Below, piece by piece: positions 8,981-19,800 of a stretch of DNA of 64,000 bases. A program made the translations under genes and the position numbers. Every line of letters begins with the position of its first letter. The stretch's first letter is position 1. This stretch comes from a virus (taxonomy: Duplodnaviria > Caudoviricetes), in the IMG/VR virus record IMGVR_UViG_3300031998_000059, positions 7,894 to 71,893 of that record; one strand, given 5' to 3'. The notes beneath the pieces are model-generated. The model saw only the letters and a list, made by a program, of their open reading frames with translations. It searched no databases and was not told the origin of the DNA.

Positions 8981-11900
8981 TTAATAATTTAAAATTTCAT
9001 TATCTTTTTTTATCAGTTTACTATCTTCTCCGATTCTGCGTGTAATATCAGCACCAATCCTTGTAAGGTGTACTTGCTTGTTGTCCTGGTCAATAGTAAG
9101 ACCCGTAATGACATCCATGTACTTGCTGTCATCCTTAGCCCTTATGGTGTCTCTGTTGGTGGTGTTCTGTACAATACCAGCAAGGAATACAACGCATTTC
9201 TGCGAGTAATCCTCTTTCTCGGAGTATAACATGCCATCATTATGGGTGTGTCCAGCGATAAACAGCACATCACCAGAATTGCTGAATGTGTAATTGAATG
9301 ATACAGGCTCTACATCAGATACATCATCATAGACATTTCGTGATGTGCATTCTGTCTTAACACTGACAGATGTACCTTTTTGATAAGCGTTGACTATATC
9401 AGATACAACTGACGGGTTTGTGCTTTGCTGATACCCGTCAAAAGAACCGCCTGTCAAGACTCTGTAAGGGTCACTGAAACGGCAGTCCTCAACTCCATAG
9501 TCATCATTGCCATATATACCAAGCAGGTTGTAATGACAAGCAATAATGCAAGTATAACCCAAAGAGCCAGCTTCATCCAAAGTGTCACACAGCCACTCAA
9601 GCTGCTCCTGTGAGAACCACATGGGGAATCTCAGAGCCTTGTATCTCGGCCAATACAGGTTATTGCTTGAATAACCATGAGGATTGAGTGCTGGAACTTC
9701 AACATCTTGAACCGCCTCAAATGAATATTTGGTATAACCGTTAGCATTTACCTTATCCCCAGTCTGATAACTTCCTGCATCAATATACTGGTAGTTGGCA
9801 TCATACTCAATAGCTTTCCAATAGGTCTCATCGAAATCTACTGGCCTTTCAAAAGGATACATCATGACAAGCCTTATTTTCCTTGATGCAAAGTCGTGGT
9901 AGTAATAGCATTTCCCAGCTTCATATTCCCCAGATTTGATGTAGCCTTTATTTATCAATGGCAGTACAAACTGATTGTACATATCATCATTTTCACGGCA
10001 GTAGTTCACGGTGTTTTGTGATGTTCCAACCTCATGATTACCTACAGCAATATATGCAGGCTTGTCAAGTTTCTTTATCTCGCTATTGAGGAAATCGTCA
10101 TTATCCTCCCCTGGGTCAACATAGTTTGTCATATCCCCAAGATGTATGCAGCAGTCAATAGTGCTGAAATCCCTGCCAGCAAGCCTCCAGTTACGGAATG
10201 ATATATTGTTGAGATGGGTGTCAGTCACAACAAGTGCCTGAAACCTTTTGCCTCCAGTAGCAGTAAAGTAGGCATCATTCATCAGGATTCCGTCTTTTTC
10301 AATGTTCCTTTCATACACATCAGACAGGGTGTCTTTCACAGGTGTTATGTCTGTCAGTTTCTTTATGGACGAGAAATCCCACACACCGCTGACAATGTTG
10401 TCATCCTTGTCAACACCTATGATTATATTGTCCACTTCATCCAGATAGGCAAGCTTGAAATGCTCGTTCTGCACCATTCTTGCCTGTGGTACACCATTGA
10501 TTGCATTCACATCAAGACCAAGCAGGAGTTTCAGCTTTTCAGGGTCAGTATAGCCAATGACATTCCCAATTGCATCAAGTAATGCAAACTGGATATTATT
10601 ATTATCAACGGCGTTGTTTTGGAGCTTGCCGATAATGGCACTGACAGCCTTGTTCTGTATAGGGTTGTCACTGCCATCATCCAGACTGCTGTCTGTAAAT
10701 TCATCCACACCCTCTTTCAGGGTGTCATAATGCTTGAAACAACGTGTTGTATAGCTTGTAGCGTTAAAAAGCAGGTAAGTACAGCCCTCTGGTATCTCCA
10801 GCCTATAATATTGGTTAACATTAGGCAATGAGATTATCTCTGTACCACTCACAAAAGGTATTGCACCTGATTTTGCATAAGCGTCAGAAGTGGCAAAGGC
10901 AGCACGGCATGAGCTGTTATTGGGGTATAAGAAATAAACATCCCCCTCGCTTACAGGCAAGGCGGCATGTTTGTATGAACTGCTTGTACCGAAATTACCA
11001 TCGGCACCAAGAGTGTATGTCAACAGAGGATAGTCTTTAATCTCGGTATTGGCTCCAATAAGTTCTTTAGCAACTTCATATATTTTCTTGTGTATTCCTC
11101 CGCTTGTTACAAGATTGTCACTATCAGCAATCGGTTCTTCATCCTCTATCTCCTCTATTTTGTCATAGTGTCTGAAACATCTTGTACCGTAACTTCCACC
11201 AGCATTGAAAAGCAGGTAAGTGCAGCCTTCTGGAATTGTATATTTGTAATATTGGCCTGCATTTTGCATAAGCATAACACTTGTTCCTGCTACAAATGGA
11301 ACATCAGCACCAGACGAAGAGGCATCAGATGTTGCAAATGCCACTTTAATCTCATCTGCTAAACCAATCAAGTAATAGACTTCCCCTACTGCAACAGGCA
11401 AGACAGCGTGTTTATATGATGTAGATGTTCCGAATTTACCTTGCGCATTAATTGCATAGTTTTTTAAAGTAAAGTCTTTTATCTCATCAGCTATACCAAG
11501 TAAGTCCAGGCCTAACTGATTGATTTCTTCACGGACACCACCGCTTGTCACAGGAGCCTGACTACCTTCCGTAGGCACATCATCAAGGGTGATGATTCTT
11601 GCCTGATACTGAGTACCATCATAATAGACTTCCAATACCTGACCAGCTACCCAAGTGTTCGTGGCACTTGCTGCCGCACCGTTCAAATAAATATCCTTCG
11701 CTCCCGTGGAGTTGATATTAAGCGTTGGGGCACTGTTTGTGTTGCCGTATTGGAACTTGATTTTAATCGCACCGCCGTTGTTCAGCACAAAGCCTGTAGC
11801 GGCCACGGTCTTTGCCTTGGTGGATGCTCCCGTGGCGCACTCGTAGTAGCCGATCATCGGTTTCGTTTCCGCATCGTCAAGGCGGATGTTGGCCTTGCTC

Positions 11901-12451
11901 CATGCGCTCCCGTCCCACGTGAAGATACCGAAGCATCCGTCGGGTACGGTGTAGCTGGTGCCGAAGTTGGTGTAGGTGCCTTCGGGTACAAGGTAGCACA
12001 CCTTCACGTTGGAGCTTGGTGTGGAGATGATGCTCTCAGGAGTGGCTGTCCCTGCGAACACGCACCCTGCCGAAATCTTCTCCCCAAGCACACGCCCCAT
12101 GTTGGCAGAGAGTGCGCTTGTGATGCTCGAACTGTTGAGGTTGTTCACCACGTCAAATTGCGCCGTGGTGTAGTATTGCTCTCCAGTGTCGGTCCACACC
12201 ACACTGCTGCCTGATGTCACAGCCCGATAGACCTCTGGTGTACCGCTTACATCCACCACGGCTATCATGCCTTCCCTCGGTGTTGGATAGGCCGCCTGGA
12301 GCGCCGCTACGGATTGGAAGAATCCGCACATGTTCGTAGCATATCCTATAGCCTGCAATATGCCCTGATATGCTATCTCGAAGTTGGAGTTAATCACCCC
12401 AACCGCTTGGCCGAATGTGCCGTTGTTAGGCACGATGTTGAAATTGCTCAT
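8981..12451 (-). CDS. Tail fibre/spike with C-terminal calcineurin-like metallophosphoesterase
   Basis: DTH, GDMTN, GNHE and GHTH motifs; duplicated about 130-aa domain; position after the tail hub. Confidence 0.75.
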   Translation of the reverse strand: MSNFNIVPNNGTFGQAVGVINSNFEIAYQGILQAIGYATNMCGFFQSVAALQAAYPTPREGMIAVVDVSGTPEVYRAVTSGSSVVWTDTGEQYYTTAQFDVVNNLNSSSITSALSANMGRVLGEKISAGCVFAGTATPESIISTPSSNVKVCYLVPEGTYTNFGTSYTVPDGCFGIFTWDGSAWSKANIRLDDAETKPMIGYYECATGASTKAKTVAATGFVLNNGGAIKIKFQYGNTNSAPTLNINSTGAKDIYLNGAAASATNTWVAGQVLEVYYDGTQYQARIITLDDVPTEGSQAPVTSGGVREEINQLGLDLLGIADEIKDFTLKNYAINAQGKFGTSTSYKHAVLPVAVGEVYYLIGLADEIKVAFATSDASSSGADVPFVAGTSVMLMQNAGQYYKYTIPEGCTYLLFNAGGSYGTRCFRHYDKIEEIEDEEPIADSDNLVTSGGIHKKIYEVAKELIGANTEIKDYPLLTYTLGADGNFGTSSSYKHAALPVSEGDVYFLYPNNSSCRAAFATSDAYAKSGAIPFVSGTEIISLPNVNQYYRLEIPEGCTYLLFNATSYTTRCFKHYDTLKEGVDEFTDSSLDDGSDNPIQNKAVSAIIGKLQNNAVDNNNIQFALLDAIGNVIGYTDPEKLKLLLGLDVNAINGVPQARMVQNEHFKLAYLDEVDNIIIGVDKDDNIVSGVWDFSSIKKLTDITPVKDTLSDVYERNIEKDGILMNDAYFTATGGKRFQALVVTDTHLNNISFRNWRLAGRDFSTIDCCIHLGDMTNYVDPGEDNDDFLNSEIKKLDKPAYIAVGNHEVGTSQNTVNYCRENDDMYNQFVLPLINKGYIKSGEYEAGKCYYYHDFASRKIRLVMMYPFERPVDFDETYWKAIEYDANYQYIDAGSYQTGDKVNANGYTKYSFEAVQDVEVPALNPHGYSSNNLYWPRYKALRFPMWFSQEQLEWLCDTLDEAGSLGYTCIIACHYNLLGIYGNDDYGVEDCRFSDPYRVLTGGSFDGYQQSTNPSVVSDIVNAYQKGTSVSVKTECTSRNVYDDVSDVEPVSFNYTFSNSGDVLFIAGHTHNDGMLYSEKEDYSQKCVVFLAGIVQNTTNRDTIRAKDDSKYMDVITGLTIDQDNKQVHLTRIGADITRRIGEDSKLIKKDNEILNY

Positions 12452-12479
12452 ATTCTCTTTCCTTTAATTGTTATCCTGT

Positions 12480-15400
12480 TCAGCTTGACGGAGCAGCCGA
12501 TATGCCCGTTATAATTCCGTTGGTCACCGTGACAACCTTCCCGTCCTTGTCGGTGAATGTGCCTGTTGCGCCGTTGGTGGCCGACACGCTACCCGAAATA
12601 TTGTTGGCTGAGAGGTCGCCTGTTATGGTGGCATCACCAGTTATTGTGGCATCGCCTGTCACACTCAAATCCCCTCCTATAGAGGCATCCGAATCTAAGA
12701 CAAGCTCGTTTGCCAACACCTTTCCAGTCGAACCGCTACCTACCACAGACAGATTACCGAGATAGATATCAAGATTGCCATATATCTTAGAATCACCTTC
12801 GACATACAAAGCACCTGCATCATCTAAATCGATTATCTCAACTGCGTAAACGTCATGCGCCCTTGTCTGGGTACCACCTCTTACAATGAAGTGTATATGC
12901 TCGTTTACAAAAGAGATTCCACTTGGCGTTATAGAGAAGCCTGGTTTTCCAAGGTCAACACCGAACCCGTCGGAACTGATGTTCAGCAAACCTATCTTCC
13001 CACCCTTGGCATAGATATACCCCCTCAGAATGATGTCGTTGAGGATGGCCCTGCCGCCGTGCGTCACCACGAACTTCGCCATGTTGGCCACCTCCGCGTC
13101 GGATGCCTGATAGGTGGGGTCGTTCACATACTTGCCAATCGTGTAGAAAGCCTGCTCCAGCGAGCCGCCGCCCCATACGAAAGGTGAGTTGTCGTCCATG
13201 TACCTGCCGCTCATGCCGCCCGTCTCCCTCACCATCTGCCAGCTGTTGGCGTTCAGCGAGTCGTTGCGCCAAAGACCCACCTTGATGAGCTGGGTCAAGA
13301 CAAGACCTCCGAGTATCTCCGTGCTTGCCTCGGTGATGGCCCGATAGACATAATCCCTGTCGTTCCACTCGGCAAGGGTCTTGTCATTGTCCTTCACACT
13401 CGGCTTCCACTCACGGTGTATCGTGCCACGGGTGAGCATCACATCACCCACCAAGCCCGTACCGCTGAATGCCACCGCCGACGATGCGAGGTCCTGCGTC
13501 ACCTCTATGGAGTATTCATGCCGCTTGGCCTCGTTCTCCACGGCTATGGTCGTACCGCCGAAAGCCACCGTCAGGTTCTGCGGCTCTGCGTAGAACGACA
13601 GCATGTACCATCCTGCGGTCACATCCTCGACAGTCTGCGAGAGCGAACCCGCACCAAGCCTCACTATCCTGCCCGTGACGGTGTTCTGCGAATCCTCCAC
13701 CATCACGCTCGACGTGCTCCAGTATCTCAGCGGGTCGGAATAGATGGGCGTGTCCGCATCCATCTGCATCGACGAAGCCGAAGCCTCGCTCTCATACTCT
13801 CCCGTGAATCCGCTGTTCATGAGCAGGTTCCCCTCCTCCGTGCCCAGCTCGTTCACGGGTCGCCCGTCGGCAAGCGTGGAGCCTGCTATCAGCTTCAGCA
13901 CGCCCGTGAGGAAGTTGTCGCCCGGTCTCAGCTGGTCGAGCACCTTGCCCGTCAATGAGAAGTCGTTGATGCCTCCGAGCAATCGGATATAGGGCGATGC
14001 GTCACCTGCACCGGCTATCACGATGGCGTTCTGCCTGTCGGGTCTGTCTGTGCCACGGTAGCCCAATTGCACCATGTCATCCCCTGCCATAGGAGCGTCG
14101 CTGCCCTCATCGCAGACTGACGATGAAATGTCTATGTAGTGCCTTTGCTCGTCACCGCTTGCCGTGTGCGAACCCGTCACAGCCGCCCACAGATAATGGT
14201 TGCCCACCTGTCCGTTGGACTGCTTGGAGAGGTTGAAGGTGTTCACGAATGCCTGGTCACCCTCCATCCACAGGTTATGCACTTCGTTCCCGTCAGAGTC
14301 CTTGGCCATGAAGTAGCAGCGCCATCCGCCCTCTATCTCCTCCACGCTCTCTATCTTGCAACTCGCAGGTGTGAGCATCTGCTGTCCGCCGATGTGGTGC
14401 ACGTCCTGAATCTCAACCTCCGTGGCCGTGAACTTCTTGCGAACGTTCATGTAGTCGCTCTCCACATGCACGTCACCATCGGCATCAATCCACATCTTGC
14501 CGCCGAATCCGAACAGGCCTTGCAGGAAATCCCTGCCCACCTGGAACCCCTTGAGCGAGGTCAGCAGGCCCTGGGCGGTGTCGTCCTTCTGCTTGGAGAG
14601 GTAGCGCCTGTCACCGATCTGCTTCACGGTCTCCTCGTCGATTCCGATTATACCGCTCGCCACATTTCCCTTCACGTTCTCAATGCGCTTCTCAAGGGCA
14701 TCGAACTTGCTCTCCACCTTCTCGTTCCTCAAAACGACCTCGTATTGGGGAATCAGACTGTCACCCTCACGGATGGTCAGACGGTCAATGAATATGCCTT
14801 CGCTGATGTTGAGGTCACTGTCCGATATACGCATCATCATACCCTCATAGATGGTGTCATACACCTTGTCACCGCTCTCGCCTGCATCAATTGCGTCGTC
14901 ATGGCGCTTGGCCCTGATGTTGTCTATCTTAGGCTCAACGGTTATCAGTCCGTGGTCCAAACCCGCAAGCGTTTCGTTGGAGGCTGCAAGAAGCCTCTGA
15001 GAAGCGGCGTCTATGTACAGGTCGGGCATCTCGATGTTCAGCAGCACGAACCTGTCGCCTGCCGATATGTTGTAGTCCCTGTAGGGGAAATACCTGTTGA
15101 GTGAACTGTCAAGGGTGCGTTGGCAAGTCACAATGTACTTGTTGCCGCTCTTCTCCACGGCGCTTATCTTGAACTCACGGCCACCGCACTTGCCATCCTC
15201 CATCTCTATAGCGGCATCGTCACCCGAAAGGTAGTCGTTGATGTCGAAGCCTATGTCCTTCAAAGTGATGGTGAACTCAGACACCATGCCGCTGTCGTCC
15301 GACACAGGAGGCAGTCCGTCATCGTTTATCTGTGTGGCACCCACAACCTCGTCAAGGTTGCCGTTGTCACCCGGGTCAAGGTCTATGGTAGCGCCCGCAG

Positions 15401-16676
15401 CCCTCGCCTCGTCAGCGGTCATGCCCTCCATCGTGGGGAATATCTCCTCGGTGTCGCCGCTTCCGTCAAACAGCACCGAACCTTCACGAACTCCGTACAA
15501 CGATATGTTGTCGCTGTCTATATACGGGTCGGTGGTTGTTTCGGGATAGCCCGGCAACATAAGCCTCGTCTCACCGAACACTTCGGGGATGCCGGGCTGC
15601 ATCACCTTGTATGCGTCAGGCCACTTGTCCTTGTCGATGCCTGTGGAGAAATACACCTTGTTGTACGTGCCGCTTCCGAGCTGGGTGAGGAAAGCCTGAA
15701 GGTCTGTCTGACTCACCCCCTCGTAGCTGCCCACGGTAATCACGCTGTAACCTACCCACGATGGGTTTGCCGAGAATATGCCGGGCACCCAAAGGCTCCT
15801 GTCAAGGCTGACCTTGGTCTTGTACTGCACCTCCGAGTTGAGCACCTTGACCGTGAAGCAGTTGTTGAACTCAAGGGTGGTGTGTATGTCCGCACCCGTC
15901 TCATAAGGACCGAGAACCTCGGTAATCGGGGCATAAACGCTGATGTACTTGTTGCGGTAGTAGTTCTGCGGCATGTTCTTCGTAGAACCCATCGCACGGA
16001 GCCTCGTCACTATAGTCCTTGACGTGTCGGCTATCCTTGCAATGGACTTCAGGCCGTTGCCCTTGCCGTATTCGAACAGGCCGCCAAGCACACCCGTCTC
16101 GGCACCTATCTCTATGTGCCTGCCCTTCACCGTGAACGTGGTCTTGAACTTCTCGCTCACCAGCGCAAGGGCGTTCCAGCAGGAGTACTTGTCAACGTCG
16201 ATGTTTATCCTCTTCACGTCCACGTTTTCCGTATGCACCGTGATGGTCCATTTCCTGTCACCCGTATAAAGCCTGTTCAGGTTGGCCTGTATGCGCTCTG
16301 TAAGCGCCGTGATGGTCTCGCAGTAGAAGCTGAAGGTGGGCAGTGAGGAGAAATGCACCTGGTTGTCGTACATCACATAGTCGAGGAAGTCGCAGTACAC
16401 CAGTTCTGGCTGTAGGGAGTTGAACCGTATGTTCTCATACACGAACCCCTCCCCGTGCGTGTTCGGTCTCGCCTGTTTCAACACCGATGTGTCGTAGTCG
16501 ATGGCGAACCTCTCGTTCCTGTATGTGATGTAGTCGCCGACGGAAAATTCAATGGGAGACGGGGAGTTCACGGTGGCCGTAATGAAACGCTCGCCCATGA
16601 ACTCGCCGCTGTATTCCAACTTCTTGACAGACGCTTTCACCTGCCCGTCATTTCCGTATATGTTCCATTCTCCCAT
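12480..16676 (-). CDS. Tail hub / minor tail protein
   Basis: Bacteroidetes phage tail N-terminus (LEYSGEFMGERFI); TRLRAMGSTKNMP; follows the tape measure. Confidence 0.8.
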   Translation of the reverse strand: MGEWNIYGNDGQVKASVKKLEYSGEFMGERFITATVNSPSPIEFSVGDYITYRNERFAIDYDTSVLKQARPNTHGEGFVYENIRFNSLQPELVYCDFLDYVMYDNQVHFSSLPTFSFYCETITALTERIQANLNRLYTGDRKWTITVHTENVDVKRINIDVDKYSCWNALALVSEKFKTTFTVKGRHIEIGAETGVLGGLFEYGKGNGLKSIARIADTSRTIVTRLRAMGSTKNMPQNYYRNKYISVYAPITEVLGPYETGADIHTTLEFNNCFTVKVLNSEVQYKTKVSLDRSLWVPGIFSANPSWVGYSVITVGSYEGVSQTDLQAFLTQLGSGTYNKVYFSTGIDKDKWPDAYKVMQPGIPEVFGETRLMLPGYPETTTDPYIDSDNISLYGVREGSVLFDGSGDTEEIFPTMEGMTADEARAAGATIDLDPGDNGNLDEVVGATQINDDGLPPVSDDSGMVSEFTITLKDIGFDINDYLSGDDAAIEMEDGKCGGREFKISAVEKSGNKYIVTCQRTLDSSLNRYFPYRDYNISAGDRFVLLNIEMPDLYIDAASQRLLAASNETLAGLDHGLITVEPKIDNIRAKRHDDAIDAGESGDKVYDTIYEGMMMRISDSDLNISEGIFIDRLTIREGDSLIPQYEVVLRNEKVESKFDALEKRIENVKGNVASGIIGIDEETVKQIGDRRYLSKQKDDTAQGLLTSLKGFQVGRDFLQGLFGFGGKMWIDADGDVHVESDYMNVRKKFTATEVEIQDVHHIGGQQMLTPASCKIESVEEIEGGWRCYFMAKDSDGNEVHNLWMEGDQAFVNTFNLSKQSNGQVGNHYLWAAVTGSHTASGDEQRHYIDISSSVCDEGSDAPMAGDDMVQLGYRGTDRPDRQNAIVIAGAGDASPYIRLLGGINDFSLTGKVLDQLRPGDNFLTGVLKLIAGSTLADGRPVNELGTEEGNLLMNSGFTGEYESEASASSMQMDADTPIYSDPLRYWSTSSVMVEDSQNTVTGRIVRLGAGSLSQTVEDVTAGWYMLSFYAEPQNLTVAFGGTTIAVENEAKRHEYSIEVTQDLASSAVAFSGTGLVGDVMLTRGTIHREWKPSVKDNDKTLAEWNDRDYVYRAITEASTEILGGLVLTQLIKVGLWRNDSLNANSWQMVRETGGMSGRYMDDNSPFVWGGGSLEQAFYTIGKYVNDPTYQASDAEVANMAKFVVTHGGRAILNDIILRGYIYAKGGKIGLLNISSDGFGVDLGKPGFSITPSGISFVNEHIHFIVRGGTQTRAHDVYAVEIIDLDDAGALYVEGDSKIYGNLDIYLGNLSVVGSGSTGKVLANELVLDSDASIGGDLSVTGDATITGDATITGDLSANNISGSVSATNGATGTFTDKDGKVVTVTNGIITGISAAPSS

Positions 16677-16705
16677 CTCAGTGCTTATTTTGGGTATGTG
16701 TTGGT

Positions 16706-16769
16706 AAAAAAAAGAGCCGACAGCAGTTTCCCGCTATCAGCTCTTCGGCTTTTAGTCAGTGCAAAAATA
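16706..16769 (-). promoter_or_regulatory. Promoter plus leader attenuator A
   Basis: TATTTTTG, AAAGCCGAAGAGC, GAAA hairpin, GCTC, U8. Confidence 0.65.
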
Positions 16770-16805
16770 GATAATTTATTCAAATCTACAAAAAGAAACG
16801 CAAAA

Positions 16806-19800
16806 TTATGCCACATGAAATGAATATACACCATCAACCGTGCGTCTCAGTATCGTGAATATGTCCGAAATCGAACTTGTGTTATCGGCTGTCTGCGCCG
16901 TATTCCTTGCAATCACTTCAAGCTGCTGCAACTGCGCCTGCGCGATAGGGCTTTCATCTGCACCCATACTCCTTTCAATCAGTTCACGTATCGCACTCAT
17001 GTCAGCCCTTACGGCATTCACATAACTTGCAAGGAGGTTGCTTGTAGCCTCGGTTGTTCCTTTCTGACTTGCGGACAATGTTTTGCTTGCCGTATCTGAG
17101 GACGATGTTATCCCAAGCGCCCTCATGGCATTTGCCACAACATCATATATTGTCTTTCCGCTGTTCACCTTGTCCTGCAAATCGGCAAGCGCCTCTGCGA
17201 GCTCTACCGCTTCATTGGCGCTTATCTCGATGCCCTCCTCTGAGTTTGTACTGGTAATGCCAAACAAAAGTTCATTCAGACCGCTCATGGCCGGCTTGAC
17301 AACATTTATCTTCAATATATCATCCACCACACCTTCCATGATGTCAGCAACCGTATCCTTGAAAGCCACTGCTGCATCCTCGCCTTTGGCAAACGCCTTA
17401 GTGATGGAAGATGCTATCTGATCTGCCCAACTGTCTATGTTGATACCATACCTTGAATCGGCGAGTTCACGATAGAAATCAGCAATCTGCTGGTTCATCT
17501 CCTTTATCTGCTGGTCATAGTCGGTCAGTTTAGACGCATCGCTTTTCTTTTTCCTTTCTTCAAGCTCACGCTGCCTCTCCAGTTCCTGACGTTGTTTCAC
17601 AAGGTTGGCCATCAGCTCTGAAGACTGCTCCTTGGTCACCTTGGTAAGCTGTCTCTCGATTATCCATACCAGATTCCTGTACTCGTTCTGTAGCTTCTTC
17701 ACCTCATTGGCAGATTTCTGTATTCTCTCATCAAGATTGTCGTCATGTGCGGTAAACAAACCTCCAATCCAAGAGAACAACTCCCCAACTCCAGCGATTA
17801 TAGCACCTGTCTCGCCATTAGTCGCATAAGCCTTGGCAATGTTGCTGATGGAATCAAACCCTTTCTGCAAATAGTCGGTCAATTCAGACAATCCCCCAAG
17901 TCCTGCCGCATCAAGCACATCGCTCAGTTTCCCTGCCAAATCCTCGGCTATATCCGCACAGGAGGCAAGTGTAAGCGAAAATTCCGCCCATGCCTCCGTC
18001 TTATCCTCCACGCTCGCATCATCGCTTCTAATCGTGTTCATAAGTTTCTCCCATGAAACCTTGAACAGGCTGAACGGATTCTTGTCCCTCCATGCGTCAA
18101 AGAGTTTCTCGCCCTGCTCTCTCAACTCCCCGAACTTGGAAATGGTAATCTTCACATCATGCTTCTCACCATCAGAGTCAATGTAGGATGATATGACACT
18201 CTTCTTGTCGTCAGACTGCACGCCATTGGCTATCAGTTCATCCAACTGTCTGATACCTTCCTTGATGGAAGCAATGGAACGCTTTGCAGTGTCGCCGAAT
18301 ATCTGATCATATACAGGCAGTGTGGCGAACAGTTCCGTTTTCAGCTTGGTTATCTCATCTGTTGCCTGTGCTATCTGAGCGGTATGGTCAGCACCACTCA
18401 CATCTGCCCTCCATTCGGCTATCTGACTCTCAAGTCTTGCAATCTTTTGCTCATTGGTCATGATGGCCTGCATGGCATTCCCTGCCTCTTTCAGGCTTTC
18501 AGTCCAGTTGTTGCCTATATGCTCCACGATTTCCTGATACAGTTTCAATGCAGGGGTGTCCTCCCCGAACAGGCTTTCAGCCAAGCTGCGCGTCATGTTC
18601 CAGTCTTTCACAGGAGAGCCGACGATTTCTTCCAGTTTATCTCTCAGCCCTTCGGCATAGCTGTCCCAAATCTGACCGTTCTTGAAAGCGTTGCTCGCAA
18701 ACTCCTTGTCGCCCGTCTGCTCAAACAAGGTCTTGTAGAGATTGAACTTCCCGCTCTCCTGCTTGATGTAGTCTTCCATCTCCTTCACGGCAAGTTTCAA
18801 CTGCTCCTTGGCAAGTTTCTCTGCTTCCTTACGTGCTTTCTCTGCTTCCTTTTCCGCATTGGTTTCCGCTTTGGTGGTTACTTTGGCACCACCGAGTGCG
18901 TTATAATAGATGTTCTCGGTTGCAGCAAGTTCATCCTGAAGCCCTGGCAACACCTCTTGTGCGGCAACGGAAGTCTTGTTCAAATCTTCAATCTGCCCTT
19001 GCAGGTCTTTGAGATGCGACTTTATCCTGCTGAAATAATCATCCCTTGTCTCTCCTTCATTCGGAAGAAGGTTCTTGAAAGAACCAGCCAAAGCAGAAGA
19101 ATCCTTGTACCAACGCTCCTGTTGTATAGTTGTAATTTTATCATCGTATTCTTTTAGACTATTATAATACTCCTCTGCAAGTCTTTCCTCTTCCTTCAGC
19201 GCATCAATCTCAGCCTGTCTTGCCTCAGTGCCTATTCCGGCAAAATTGTAAAGAGGATTAAGCCAACTGAACGCACCAGTGAAGTTTGTTGGCATTGTGA
19301 ACTCGTTTTCCGCAACCCTTCTCTTCCACCAAGCTTCGTTTAATCTATTCTGTGCCTGTTGCAATGCTTTTTTCCTCGCCTCCTCGTTAACTCTCTTCAA
19401 CGATTCTTCAAGCGTCATATTCAAGGCTACTTCCTTGCTTATGTCATTGAAATATTCTGGGTATAGCTTGTGTAGATTTTCGTATGCCGAAAGTCTTGCC
19501 TCCATCGACTTTGTTGTGTCGGTCATGGTCTTTGCATAGCTTTGTGCGGCTTTCTGCTCCCTCTCAAGCAAATCATGTTCTTTCTGTATTTCCTCATTAA
19601 AGTCCTGTTGCACTTCTTCCAACGTCCTTGTACTTTCATGAAGCAGGAGGTATGCACTTGCGAGTGCAGCAAGAGCAGCAACACCGATTGCAACCCAGTT
19701 CCATTTCATGGCAGCATTGAGGGCATGTTGGGCTACTATCTGCGCTCTTGTCGCCACCGTAAGGCTTTGTATTGCATTACGGGCCATCAGTAAGCGCGAC

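Noticed and set aside
6591-16676. Diversity-generating retroelement or tail-fibre shufflon
   Set aside because: There is no reverse transcriptase, no TR/VR pair differing at adenines, and no inverted cassette repeats in the window.
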